Below are positions 20,318 to 29,214 of a stretch of DNA of 64,000 nucleotides, one piece after another. The stretch's first letter is position 1, and each line of letters begins with the position of its first letter. Position numbers and translations under genes: made by a program. This DNA comes from an uncultured delta proteobacterium (GTDB taxonomy: Bacteria > Desulfobacterota > RBG-13-43-22). The stretch covers positions 384,001-448,000 of the forward strand of contig CAWBOS010000006.1 in NCBI GenBank assembly GCA_963790475.1, in the 5' to 3' direction. The notes under the pieces were generated by a model. It did not search any database. It had not been told where the DNA came from and saw only the letters and a program-made list of their open reading frames with translations.

Positions 20318-20724
20318 TTATCGTACTTGATACCAACGTGGTCGTTTCAGGTATCTTCAAGCCCTACGGTAAAGCCGCCGCCATTCTCCGCCTGGTAGTC
20401 AGTGGATTGCTTACCCCGGCTTACGATCAACGGATCCTGGGGGAATATCGCGAGGTTTTGAATCGTCCCAAGTTTCACTTTTCGGAAGAATCAGTTGCCA
20501 ATTTCCTGAACCAGATTGATGAGGAAGGAATGTTGGTTGCCGCTAAACCTCTTTCTTTTTCTCTCCCGGACCCTGACGATGAACCTTTCCTGGAGGTAGC
20601 CCTTTCTTCAAAAGCCGTTGCTCTCATAACCGGGAATAAACGCCACTTCCCCAACAAGGTCTATGGGAAAACGAGGATACTTTCCCCTGCGGAATTTTTG
20701 GAGATATTCGGGAATAAATTGTAA
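20314..20724 (+). CDS. PIN-domain toxin (type II TA)
   Basis: VLDTNVVVS, EYREVL, DPDDEPFLE, LITGNKRHF. Confidence 0.9.
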   Translation: MIIVLDTNVVVSGIFKPYGKAAAILRLVVSGLLTPAYDQRILGEYREVLNRPKFHFSEESVANFLNQIDEEGMLVAAKPLSFSLPDPDDEPFLEVALSSKAVALITGNKRHFPNKVYGKTRILSPAEFLEIFGNKL

Positions 20725-20995
20725 GCCGACCCTTCCGATCTCTCTCAGGCTACTTTTAGGATGTGACCGGTTAGCAGGAAGGATTTCCCGGCTATATTAA
20801 TTTCTTACACCTATAAACAAATGACTTTGAAAAGTTTCGAATTTATGAATTACGATTTGAAATATGCGGTGGCTACTCCCCGAATTCCATCACCCTCTTT
20901 TGATGGCAGGATGGGCAAAAGTGACGGCGTTTGCAGGAAAAACCCATGAGGTATTCTTGGCCGCAGATTTATTTTCGATGTCACTACGAAATAGG

Positions 20996-21415
20996 CTATT
21001 TAGGTAGGAATATATCGGTTATTTCTAAAGCCAATGTAGCTGCTATTTGCTTAATTTTTGGTCTTGGCACATCGTGAAGATATACAATATTGCCGTGATA
21101 TGGATTATCTCCATAATCTTGTGATATTTTCCTCTCATATTTCAAGGAATTTGTTGATTGAGGTTTCTCATTCACGCGATCAATAGCTCTGCGTGGAAGT
21201 CTAAGAGCGCCGAATTTGGCGATAGGTAGTCTAAGGGTGTAACTGACTACTTGGTCATTGTCCTCCCAATTGATAGACGTTTCATACCCACGATCATCTC
21301 TTTGGTCACTTGTTCTAAAATTTGGTTCAAATACCAATGAAGAGATAATACCATCGACTATCCATTCTGCTTTTCGTACACCTCTAATACAATTGTCCGC
21401 ATAATCATTATTCAT
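20996..21415 (-). CDS. Hypothetical protein, possible ADP-ribosyltransferase/RES-like toxin
   Basis: 139 aa, AT-rich; CIRG...ETSINW...NPYHGNI spacing; function is inference. Confidence 0.6.
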   Translation of the reverse strand: MNNDYADNCIRGVRKAEWIVDGIISSLVFEPNFRTSDQRDDRGYETSINWEDNDQVVSYTLRLPIAKFGALRLPRRAIDRVNEKPQSTNSLKYERKISQDYGDNPYHGNIVYLHDVPRPKIKQIAATLALEITDIFLPK

Positions 21416-21425
21416 TGGCGTTATA

Positions 21426-22049
21426 TTAACAAGGTCTCCTTTTTAACCAATCGAGAATCCATAGAAGATCTATAGAGATTAAATCGCCATAGGCTTGTAC
21501 GTTTCCGGTTACACTATCAGATGCAAGAAACCAAGATGAGTCTTCTTGATTCTGTTCAAAGGAAAAGCCGATTCTCCAATGTGGATAAATCCATTCGAAT
21601 AAAATGGATTCTTCACCTTCAAAAGCTCTCAGAGGTTTCAAATTACTAACGTTAATGTCATGCTCCATTAAGGCATAATACAATTTGTTTAAAAAGTCAT
21701 TCGCATTGGGTAGTAATAATTGCTTATCAATAAAACCCATTATACTATTTTTTGCGAGCTGTAAAACAGACTTGACCTCTTTTGATCTTGCCAATAAATC
21801 AATTGGACTTTGTAGTAATACAAATCCTCCCGTTCCAGCAATTAAAGGAGATGGAACTATGAACGTTGAAATAATATCAGTAGTAGCAGATGAAATCGTG
21901 ACTATACCGATCTTTGAAATAATCCCGGCAGGGGTAGGAAAATCATAGTCTTCAGGGTGTGCAATATCCTTTAGGCCAATGATGGGATATGATGGTTCAG
22001 TATCACCCTCGGATAATAAGTTATCTTGAAATTTAGATTGACTTCTCAT
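21426..22049 (-). CDS. Hypothetical protein, possible antitoxin
   Basis: 207 aa; low-complexity hydrophobic N-terminus, C-terminal SILFEW...RIGFSF domain; ATGA overlap with upstream gene. Confidence 0.6.
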   Translation of the reverse strand: MRSQSKFQDNLLSEGDTEPSYPIIGLKDIAHPEDYDFPTPAGIISKIGIVTISSATTDIISTFIVPSPLIAGTGGFVLLQSPIDLLARSKEVKSVLQLAKNSIMGFIDKQLLLPNANDFLNKLYYALMEHDINVSNLKPLRAFEGEESILFEWIYPHWRIGFSFEQNQEDSSWFLASDSVTGNVQAYGDLISIDLLWILDWLKRRPC

Positions 22050-22819
22050 GCTATATCACCATTAATCAATATCTCTTTAGCCAATCCTACACATTCTAAA
22101 TAAATCGAACTAATTTTGTCTTGTGGTAAAGCGCCAGCGTATTCGGCAGAGGTATTCAAATCTAATTCTAATCGCGCGAAGGAATTCTCAGGATTGTTAA
22201 ACTCAAAACCGGCAGAGGAAAATGCGAACTGTTTTAGTACCCCAACTGACCATTTCATAAGTCTATTTATGCTCAAGTTAGCTATGCCTGTAGTTGTATT
22301 CCTGGGTCTGTTAATTTGATACATAAAATCTGAAGATTTGTCGACATCAATTTTTACGCTGGGCAATAATTCTGTAAGAAATTCGTACCCCTCTTTTCTA
22401 CTATTAACTGGTACTTGCAAGATATAACCGACCGCAAATCTGTTTATCGGAGGGAAAGTCTTATACAACTTAGGCATCAATTCAGAAAGCACTTCTTGTG
22501 AATCTAAAAAAGAATCTATGTAAAATTCGCCTTCTATAGGAATATAAAGCCAATCGACTTTTTTAAGATGAACGGATAGGACTAATCTGCCTTTACAATA
22601 GTTACCTTGTTCTTGATATAAATTTTGTTTTGGAAGAATTGATTTCTGCTCAGAAGGCTCGCCAATAACTGCTTCCCACCATTTACTCACGGCAGATTCT
22701 TCAATCTTATCAGAAAAAAATGTAATCCTGATTTGTTCGGCACGCCAACGAGAATATTTTTCTAATTCAGTTATATCCGTGTCCAAAGTAGATGCCTCTG
22801 AATGAAATGTTTTTATCAA
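22046..22819 (-). CDS. Hypothetical protein, distantly TIGR04255-like
   Basis: 257 aa; INRFAVGY and LELDLNT resemble the RIGLRY/LDID motifs of that family (recalled, not searched). Confidence 0.6.
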   Translation of the reverse strand: MIKTFHSEASTLDTDITELEKYSRWRAEQIRITFFSDKIEESAVSKWWEAVIGEPSEQKSILPKQNLYQEQGNYCKGRLVLSVHLKKVDWLYIPIEGEFYIDSFLDSQEVLSELMPKLYKTFPPINRFAVGYILQVPVNSRKEGYEFLTELLPSVKIDVDKSSDFMYQINRPRNTTTGIANLSINRLMKWSVGVLKQFAFSSAGFEFNNPENSFARLELDLNTSAEYAGALPQDKISSIYLECVGLAKEILINGDIA

Positions 22820-22964
22820 TTAAAATAATAAGTTGATTTCAATATAAATGATCAAAAATTTTGCCATCTTATGAAAAATTGCAAAGAAAAACGATATAAT
22901 TTTATTATAATAATTCTTATTAGGACTTGCAACTAATAATTTAGACTTAGAATTCAACCTTTTT

Positions 22965-22993
22965 TGTAAAGGCAACTCCCGAATTGCCCCTGC
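22965..22993. repeat. REP-like palindrome
   Basis: GTAAAGGCAACTCCCGAATTGCCCCTGC; related inverted remnant AGGGCAATTCGGAG at 59117-59130. Confidence 0.5.
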
Positions 22994-23323
22994 CCCAACA
23001 AGTTGTACCAGTTTTTATGGGGGCCAACCAATGGAAGTTATCGTCAACGATTATTGTTTGCTATTGTCTTTTTTTAAAAATTGAATTTTGAAGAGTACAG
23101 GAAGCTATTTAAACCGATCAATAACCTGCGGCCAGGTTTTTGTAGCCACAGCCAAATATCATCGATAATTGAGTCGCTATCTTCAAAAGGGTTCCAGATA
23201 CTTTTTATCATAATCTTCTCTTCCTTCAACAAATAACAGAGAGGATGCCATCTTCTCCCCTTGAAAGAGCGCTTTCCCAGAAGATCTCCCCCCCTTACCG
23301 GAATAGAATAGGAGGGGAATAAG

Positions 23324-23406
23324 CCGTCATTCCCGCGGAGGCGGGAATCCAGGTTATTCCAATAGAATCAAAGTCCCTGGATGCCGGATCAAGCCCGGCA
23401 TGACGG
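23324..23406. repeat. Bipartite REP-like palindromic element with ATTCCC-N8-GGGAAT core
   Basis: CCGTCATTCCCGCGGAGGCGGGAATCCAGG...CCTGGATGCCGGATCAAGCCCGGCATGACGG, outer CCGTCAT/ATGACGG inverted repeat. Confidence 0.75.
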
Positions 23407-23469
23407 AGAACAAACAAACTTATAGGTTATTAAAGGTTATTTTCGAACTAAAGATGGTTGAAGAAATCT

Positions 23470-24960
23470 TCATTGAGGGCGGGCTGCTGAATTTTGATTA
23501 TTTTGGGATTCCTTTTTTCCCCGGATCATGGAGGTCCACATTCCAAAGAAGCAGATGGTGGCGGCCACCAGGTAGGCCCGGTGCATCCCGGTCATGAAAG
23601 CGGTCAGCACTTTTTCTCTCTCCGCCGGGGAAGCGGGCCCGTGCAAGACATCGAGGGAGGCGTGTCCGACTACGGCCATCATGACGCTGGCCAGGATGGC
23701 CCCGGCCAGGGCGGTACCGACTACCTGACCGACCGTACGCATCATGGCCAGGAAGCCGCTGGCGATGCCTAAACGATCCCGGGGGATGGACCCCATGACC
23801 GAACTGTTGTTCGGGGATTGAAACAAACCTTGTCCTATCCCTAAGAAGATCAACCGGATCAGGACGTCATGATAATCGGCCTGCGGGGTTAACCCGGAAA
23901 GCCAATAAAGGGTGGCCATGTTGATCGCCATGCCGGTCGTGGAAAGGAGTCGGGCTCCCAGCCGATCGGAGAGCCAGCCGCTCAAAGGGGACACGACCAC
24001 GATGCCCAATGCGGTAGGGGTCATCAGCAGGCCGGCGTGGACCGGGCTGTAACCTAAGGCCAATTGCAAAAAGAAAGGCATCAAAAAGACATTGGCCGAA
24101 AGTGAAAGAAAGGAAAGAAAGCCGGCAATATTACCAAAGCTGAAAAGACGGATTTTAAATAACTGGAGATCGATTAAAGGGTGCTCAGCCCTGGTTTCCC
24201 AAAGGGGAACCAGCAGAAGGGCCGCGGCGGCGATAATCAATTCGCTGATCACTTGCGGTCTGTCCCAGCCCTGTTCTTGTCCGGTGGTCAGGCCGAGGAC
24301 GAGGGCACTCAGCCCGATGATAGTCAGAGCGGCGCCCAAAAAATCGAAACCCTTTTTTTGTCCCAGGGTAGGAGAGACCAAATGCTCCTGCAGAATATAA
24401 ATGGTCATCAAGATGCCGAAAACACCCACCGGCACATTAACATAAAAAATTGCCCGCCAGCTTAAATGACTGACCAAAAAGCCCCCCAGGGTGGGACCGA
24501 CCGTAAAACCGGCGGCCACTACCGTCCCGTTTATACCCAGGGCGCGTCCTCGCTCCTGAGACGGGAATACCGCGGTAACGATGGCAAAGGTATTGGCCAT
24601 GATCATGGCCGCACCCACAGCCTGTATGGAGCGAAAAAGGATCAATTGGTGAATACTTTGGGAAAGGGCGCAGAGGGCCGAACCCGCACTAAAGATAATA
24701 AGCCCCAGGAGGAAGACCTTCTTACGGCCGGTTAAATCAGCCAGACGGCCGAAGGGAAGGAGTAATCCAGTGATGGTCAGCAGATAAGACAAAACCACCC
24801 ATTCGGACAAAGTCAGATTGGCATCAAAGGCGGCCATGATGTTGGGTAGACTGATATTGACGATACTGGCGTCTAAGGTGGCCATAAAGATGCCGATCCC
24901 TACGATGCCTAAGACCCACCAACGATGATTGCGCGCCGATCTTTTCAAAAAGTTTTTCAT
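23470..24960 (-). CDS. MFS transporter, DHA2 (EmrB/QacA) family
   Basis: LDASIVNISLP, GRLADLTGRKK, WRAIFYVNVPVG, ~14 hydrophobic segments. Confidence 0.93.
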   Translation of the reverse strand: MKNFLKRSARNHRWWVLGIVGIGIFMATLDASIVNISLPNIMAAFDANLTLSEWVVLSYLLTITGLLLPFGRLADLTGRKKVFLLGLIIFSAGSALCALSQSIHQLILFRSIQAVGAAMIMANTFAIVTAVFPSQERGRALGINGTVVAAGFTVGPTLGGFLVSHLSWRAIFYVNVPVGVFGILMTIYILQEHLVSPTLGQKKGFDFLGAALTIIGLSALVLGLTTGQEQGWDRPQVISELIIAAAALLLVPLWETRAEHPLIDLQLFKIRLFSFGNIAGFLSFLSLSANVFLMPFFLQLALGYSPVHAGLLMTPTALGIVVVSPLSGWLSDRLGARLLSTTGMAINMATLYWLSGLTPQADYHDVLIRLIFLGIGQGLFQSPNNSSVMGSIPRDRLGIASGFLAMMRTVGQVVGTALAGAILASVMMAVVGHASLDVLHGPASPAEREKVLTAFMTGMHRAYLVAATICFFGMWTSMIRGKKESQNNQNSAARPQ

Positions 24961-25131
24961 AGACAACTCAGGGTTTTTGCCTCACTTCTCAAGATTTTAT
25001 GTTCAACATTTGAAAACGCCCATTTTGCCAAATTAATAGGACGCTCTACCCTATTAAGAAAAGAGGAGATCATTGTGGCCTGAAAAAGATCAAAGGAGCG
25101 GAAACGTTTAGGCTGTTGGGTTTTGAAATGG

Positions 25132-25938
25132 TTAGGAAAGCGGGATCAACACCGCCCTGGGATCAATGACTTCTCTTATCAGCCTCAATTCCTCCGGGGT
25201 GGGGGCGGGCGTTTCCGGGACCTGATCGGGAATCCAGTTGTGAGCAAAGCCGGTGTTGGTTATTACCTCTTCCAAAGTCACCCCGGGGTGCAGGGACCTC
25301 AGTCTGATCTGTTTGGTCTCAGGGTCAAAATCGAAGATGCATTTATCTGTCAGGACCAGACAAGGCCCCCCTCTGGTCAGGCCCGCTTTCTCCCGGGCAC
25401 CGGGACCCTCAAGGTACCCAGCGCCTGAGATAAAGTCCACTTTATCCACAAAATTTCTCTTCTCATGGTCAACGATGATAACCTCCCGCTTGAACAGCGA
25501 GAAATGTCCGGGTTGGTTTATGGGACCGATGAGTCGAATCTTGGGCCGGTAGTAGTCCCCTATACAAACGATATTGCAGTTGCCGTATTTATCTATCTGG
25601 GCGGCTGAACCGAAACCAAGGTCGCATTCCCCCCGGGCGGCAAGATAACCGGTAGCCCGAGATTCACACCTCCAGAACTGAAGGGCTGTCCCGAATTCAG
25701 TTTCCATACCTGTCGGGATTTCACTGACTACCGGGTTCATCAGCCAGCCGGCCACGGCCATGAATGAATTTGGGGCATGGGTCAGCTGGGCCAGGCACAT
25801 GCCGACTATCGGGACTCTGGAAAGAATCTGAATCGTGGCATCCCCGGTGGCCAGGCCGATAAACCAATTCTCATTATCGTTCAGTTCGTGACTGATGGCC
25901 ACTGCCATAGCTTCGAAAATAGTATAAGGTAAGCTCAT
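25132..25938 (-). CDS. CoA-transferase-fold subunit B (GctB/IpdB-like)
   Basis: AAQIDKYGNCN, FVDKVDFIS, GGPCLVLTD, SLHPGVT, PTPEELRLIREVIDP. Confidence 0.85.
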   Translation of the reverse strand: MSLPYTIFEAMAVAISHELNDNENWFIGLATGDATIQILSRVPIVGMCLAQLTHAPNSFMAVAGWLMNPVVSEIPTGMETEFGTALQFWRCESRATGYLAARGECDLGFGSAAQIDKYGNCNIVCIGDYYRPKIRLIGPINQPGHFSLFKREVIIVDHEKRNFVDKVDFISGAGYLEGPGAREKAGLTRGGPCLVLTDKCIFDFDPETKQIRLRSLHPGVTLEEVITNTGFAHNWIPDQVPETPAPTPEELRLIREVIDPRAVLIPLS

Positions 25939-26840
25939 ACCAGGGTCCCTCCCACGACACGGCATTTCAAAAGGTTCTCCAGGCCGACAAGATTCAGATA
26001 TTCCAGGTGAGACTTTACGCCATAGACATACTTGTCCAGATATTCTTTTAATCCCTCCGGCGTCCGGGACATCCGGGCATACATGCCCATGTGCGCCCGG
26101 TCCTGCTCATAAAGCTTAATGCAGGAGGTGGGATGGGCTCCATAGGGCGCTTCGACAATGGCAGTCGTCCTGAACCTGGGGAGCACATTGAGGTGCGACA
26201 GCCCCATAACGCGATCCCGGCTTACGATTTGCTCCACGGTTACGATAACATTGGCGCAGCTTTGCCCGGCTGTCTCATCCAGCCGTTCCGGCAACTGCTT
26301 CCGTTCAAAAAACAACACATTGCCGTATTTATCACCCATAGGGGCGTGGAGAACAACCCAATCAGGGTCGGCCGCGGGGATCAGGTGATATTTTTGCCCG
26401 TTATAGGGGCTGATCATTTCCTTTATCTTGGGGTTGTATTTGGGAAGGTCGGTCCCCAGCATCTCCTGGGTGGTAAAGAATGACTGCCCCCGGGAACTGC
26501 AGGCAAATCTCTCGAAAGCCACCGGCTCACTGTATTCCTCCAGTTCGATCTGGCCGCTTTCCACCGCCCGGCGGTAGTTTGGAGCCAGCCCATGTTCCTC
26601 CAGGCCGACATACGAAATCTCAACCCTCTTGACACAGCCCGCACCCACCAGGATATCGATTTCGCAGGTGCCGACATGACCCACCAGGGTGAGGTTCTTG
26701 ACCCCTCTCCTGATAAGCTCATAGACAAAGGCCATGGGATGATTATGGACGGAAAATCCCCCGATATGGATGCGGGCGCCATCGGGGATGAGACTGGCGG
26801 CTTCTGAAAGGGTGCAGACTTTTTCCTTTAATTCAGGCAT
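25935..26840 (-). CDS. CoA-transferase-fold subunit A (GctA/IpdA-like)
   Basis: IGGFSVHNHPMA, DKYGN, IVTVEQIV, VEAPYGAHPTSC; GGAGG RBS before ATG 26840. Confidence 0.87.
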   Translation of the reverse strand: MPELKEKVCTLSEAASLIPDGARIHIGGFSVHNHPMAFVYELIRRGVKNLTLVGHVGTCEIDILVGAGCVKRVEISYVGLEEHGLAPNYRRAVESGQIELEEYSEPVAFERFACSSRGQSFFTTQEMLGTDLPKYNPKIKEMISPYNGQKYHLIPAADPDWVVLHAPMGDKYGNVLFFERKQLPERLDETAGQSCANVIVTVEQIVSRDRVMGLSHLNVLPRFRTTAIVEAPYGAHPTSCIKLYEQDRAHMGMYARMSRTPEGLKEYLDKYVYGVKSHLEYLNLVGLENLLKCRVVGGTLV

Positions 26841-26861
26841 AGTCACCTCCCGATTACGACA

Positions 26862-27030
26862 GGATTCAAGGGGTCAAGGGGTCAAGGATTCAAGTAATGC
26901 AGGTTGGCCGTTGCTGGTCAAAAAAAACAAGCAACGAGCAACGAATCGTGAACGATTTAGCAATCTAGGGACATCCCCTATTTACAAAAATAGGTTTTCG
27001 CCGAACGCCCGACGATTAACGCCGAACGGT
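26862..27030. repeat. Cluster of three short tandem arrays
   Basis: GGRKTCAA x4 (26862-26893), AACRAGC-type 7-mers (26926-26946), CGCCGAA-type 7-mers (26999-27026). Confidence 0.7.
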
Positions 27031-27056
27031 TTTTCGTATTAACGGCCAGCCCATCC

Positions 27057-28256
27057 CTATTTATCGGGAAGCCCAAGGACCTGTTTGGCAATGATATTCA
27101 GCTGGATCTCGGAGGTGCCGCCCTCTATGGTGTTCCCCCGGGAACGCAGCCAGGTCCGGCACAACTCCAGTTCCTCCTTTTCAAATCCTTCACCTTCCCA
27201 GCCCAGACACTCCGGTCCGAGAATAGAAACCAGAAGCTCCTGGCGCCTCTGGTTCAGCTCCGTGCCGTATACTTTGAAAATGGAGCTCTCCGGCCCGGGC
27301 CGGTGACCGGCCTTGATGTTGTCGCTGTTACGCTGCACCGTAAGCTGGAAACAGGACTCATCCATCTGGATCTGGGCCATCCGGTTTCGGATCACTTCAT
27401 CCTCCAGCCTCCCATTGCATAAACCGATGTATTTTCTGGCGGCCGCCTCCACTGGGTTTTCGGCCTTCCCGGTCACACTTCTGGTGCCAAGAGTGGCGAT
27501 GGAAGTTCGTTCGTGGCCCAGCAGAGCCTTGGCCACTTCCCATCCCCCGTTCACCCGGCCCAGGACGTTCTTTTGAGGTACGCGGACATCTTCAAAAAAG
27601 ACCTCGCAGAAGATGCTGGCCCCACTAATCAGTTTGATCGGCCGGATTTCGATCCCTTTGGTTCTTAAATCAACCAGCAGAAAGGTGATACCGATCTGTT
27701 TTTTTACTCCGGGGTCGGTACGGACCAGCATAAAGATCCAATCGGCCATATCCCCGCCGCTGGTCCAAATCTTTTGACCGTTGAGAATATAATCATCCCC
27801 ATCGACCACGGCCTTGGTCTGGATGTTAGCCAGGTCCGATCCGGCATTCGGCTCGGAATAACCCTGACACCAGCGGATTTCTCCGCGAACGATTTGGGGA
27901 AGGTACTTTTTTTTCTGCTCCTCGGTCCCGTATTGCAGGAGCGTGGGACCGATCATGGTGATTCCGAACCCGGTCAGGGGGGGTGGTAATTTTAGACGGG
28001 TCAACTCCTCGTTCAGTATCTTGGTCTCCTGTTTATCCAGACCGCCGCCGCCGAACTCCCGGGGCCAGGAGGGAACCGTCCAGCCCTTGTCGGCCATCAT
28101 TTCCAGCCAGGCCCTGGATTCGGGATAGGGCGGAGGTGTTTTGAGCCCCCCCTGATAGACCGACAGGATATCTCCCATCTTGCCTCTTAGTCCTTGGGGG
28201 GCATTTTCTTCCAACCAGCTTCGAACGGATGTTCTGAAATCATTTAACTCTGCCAT
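27057..28256 (-). CDS. Acyl-CoA dehydrogenase
   Basis: WCQGYSEPNAGSDLA, NGQKIWTS, FCEVFFEDVRVP, TIEGGTSEIQLNIIA. Confidence 0.95.
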   Translation of the reverse strand: MAELNDFRTSVRSWLEENAPQGLRGKMGDILSVYQGGLKTPPPYPESRAWLEMMADKGWTVPSWPREFGGGGLDKQETKILNEELTRLKLPPPLTGFGITMIGPTLLQYGTEEQKKKYLPQIVRGEIRWCQGYSEPNAGSDLANIQTKAVVDGDDYILNGQKIWTSGGDMADWIFMLVRTDPGVKKQIGITFLLVDLRTKGIEIRPIKLISGASIFCEVFFEDVRVPQKNVLGRVNGGWEVAKALLGHERTSIATLGTRSVTGKAENPVEAAARKYIGLCNGRLEDEVIRNRMAQIQMDESCFQLTVQRNSDNIKAGHRPGPESSIFKVYGTELNQRRQELLVSILGPECLGWEGEGFEKEELELCRTWLRSRGNTIEGGTSEIQLNIIAKQVLGLPDK

Positions 28257-28356
28257 ATCGATACCTCTTCATTTAATAGTTGCTGTCGGGCCAGCAATAG
28301 GGATGCTCAAAAAAATCGGAAATGATTATATCCGAAATAGTGAAAAAATCCATTTT

Positions 28357-28956
28357 TCATTTCGGGGCCAGACCTTTGTCGTCCGGGGCGGAAAGGGGTG
28401 AGTGTAGCAGCAGCTTTAGCTTCTTGAAATCGTCAGTAAATTCTTTTCCGATTTTGGGGAACCGCATGGCCGCCGCCGGATGGAAAGTGATCAGATAGAC
28501 CCTGTCTCCATCTTTAATAATTTCCCCGTGTTCCCGGCTGACGGAAACCTCCCGGTCCAGGACGGCCCAGGAGGCGACATTCCCCAATAAAACGATGATC
28601 TTCGGGTCAACGACTGCCAACTGCCGGAAAAGGTGGCCGCGGCCGTGGGCGATATCGGCCTTGGTCGGGGTTCCCCGCCGGGGAAGATATTTAACCGGGC
28701 TGGTGATGAAAACTTCTTTTTCCTCCAGGCCGATCTCCCGGATCATCGACCGGAGAAACTTCCCTGATCTTCCGATGAAGGGGCGGCCGACCTTGGCTTC
28801 TTCTTTGCCCGGCGCCTCACCGATAAAAGCGATTTCGGCGTTGGCGTTTCCCTCACCGGCCACCGCCCGGCCCAGCTTCCCTTCCCGGCACTGTTCACAG
28901 TCCTCAATCTCCCGGGCTATTTTCATTAACTCTGATTCCCTGGACGCCTTTTTCAT
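28357..28956 (-). CDS. Uracil-DNA glycosylase family 4
   Basis: CEQC, FIGEAPG, PFIGRSG, TFHPAA. Confidence 0.92.
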   Translation of the reverse strand: MKKASRESELMKIAREIEDCEQCREGKLGRAVAGEGNANAEIAFIGEAPGKEEAKVGRPFIGRSGKFLRSMIREIGLEEKEVFITSPVKYLPRRGTPTKADIAHGRGHLFRQLAVVDPKIIVLLGNVASWAVLDREVSVSREHGEIIKDGDRVYLITFHPAAAMRFPKIGKEFTDDFKKLKLLLHSPLSAPDDKGLAPK

Positions 28957-29170
28957 TGAACTCTCCCGGAATGGATGATAACGCCGGAGTAGGGTAAAGT
29001 GGAAATCATTCTTGACAAAATGGCACCGAAGAACTTATTTGCAAAAGCAAGCAAAGTCGGTGATTGGGCCCTCTGAACAAAGGGAAAAAAGATCAAAATA
29101 ACAACTTGGAAGAAACGGTCGATTGAAGCACTTGATCCGAGATCAGGTTTGCCAGGGTCTTATTTTTCGA

Positions 29171-29202
29171 CAGCGGGGGGATAGTGTTTCTCCCCCCGGC
29201 TG
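29171..29202. terminator. GC-rich hairpin downstream of thiolase
   Basis: CAGCGGGGGGA...TCCCCCCGGCTG stem; no clear U-tract on the minus strand. Confidence 0.45.
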
Positions 29203-29214
29203 TTATATGTTGTT

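Noticed and set aside
23120-23252. Short broken minus-strand reading frame (MASSLLFVEGREDYDKKYLEPF...)
   Set aside because: Too short and degraded to assign to a family
29020-29045. TGGCAC...TTGCA as a sigma54 promoter
   Set aside because: GG-to-GC spacing is longer than the required 10 bp
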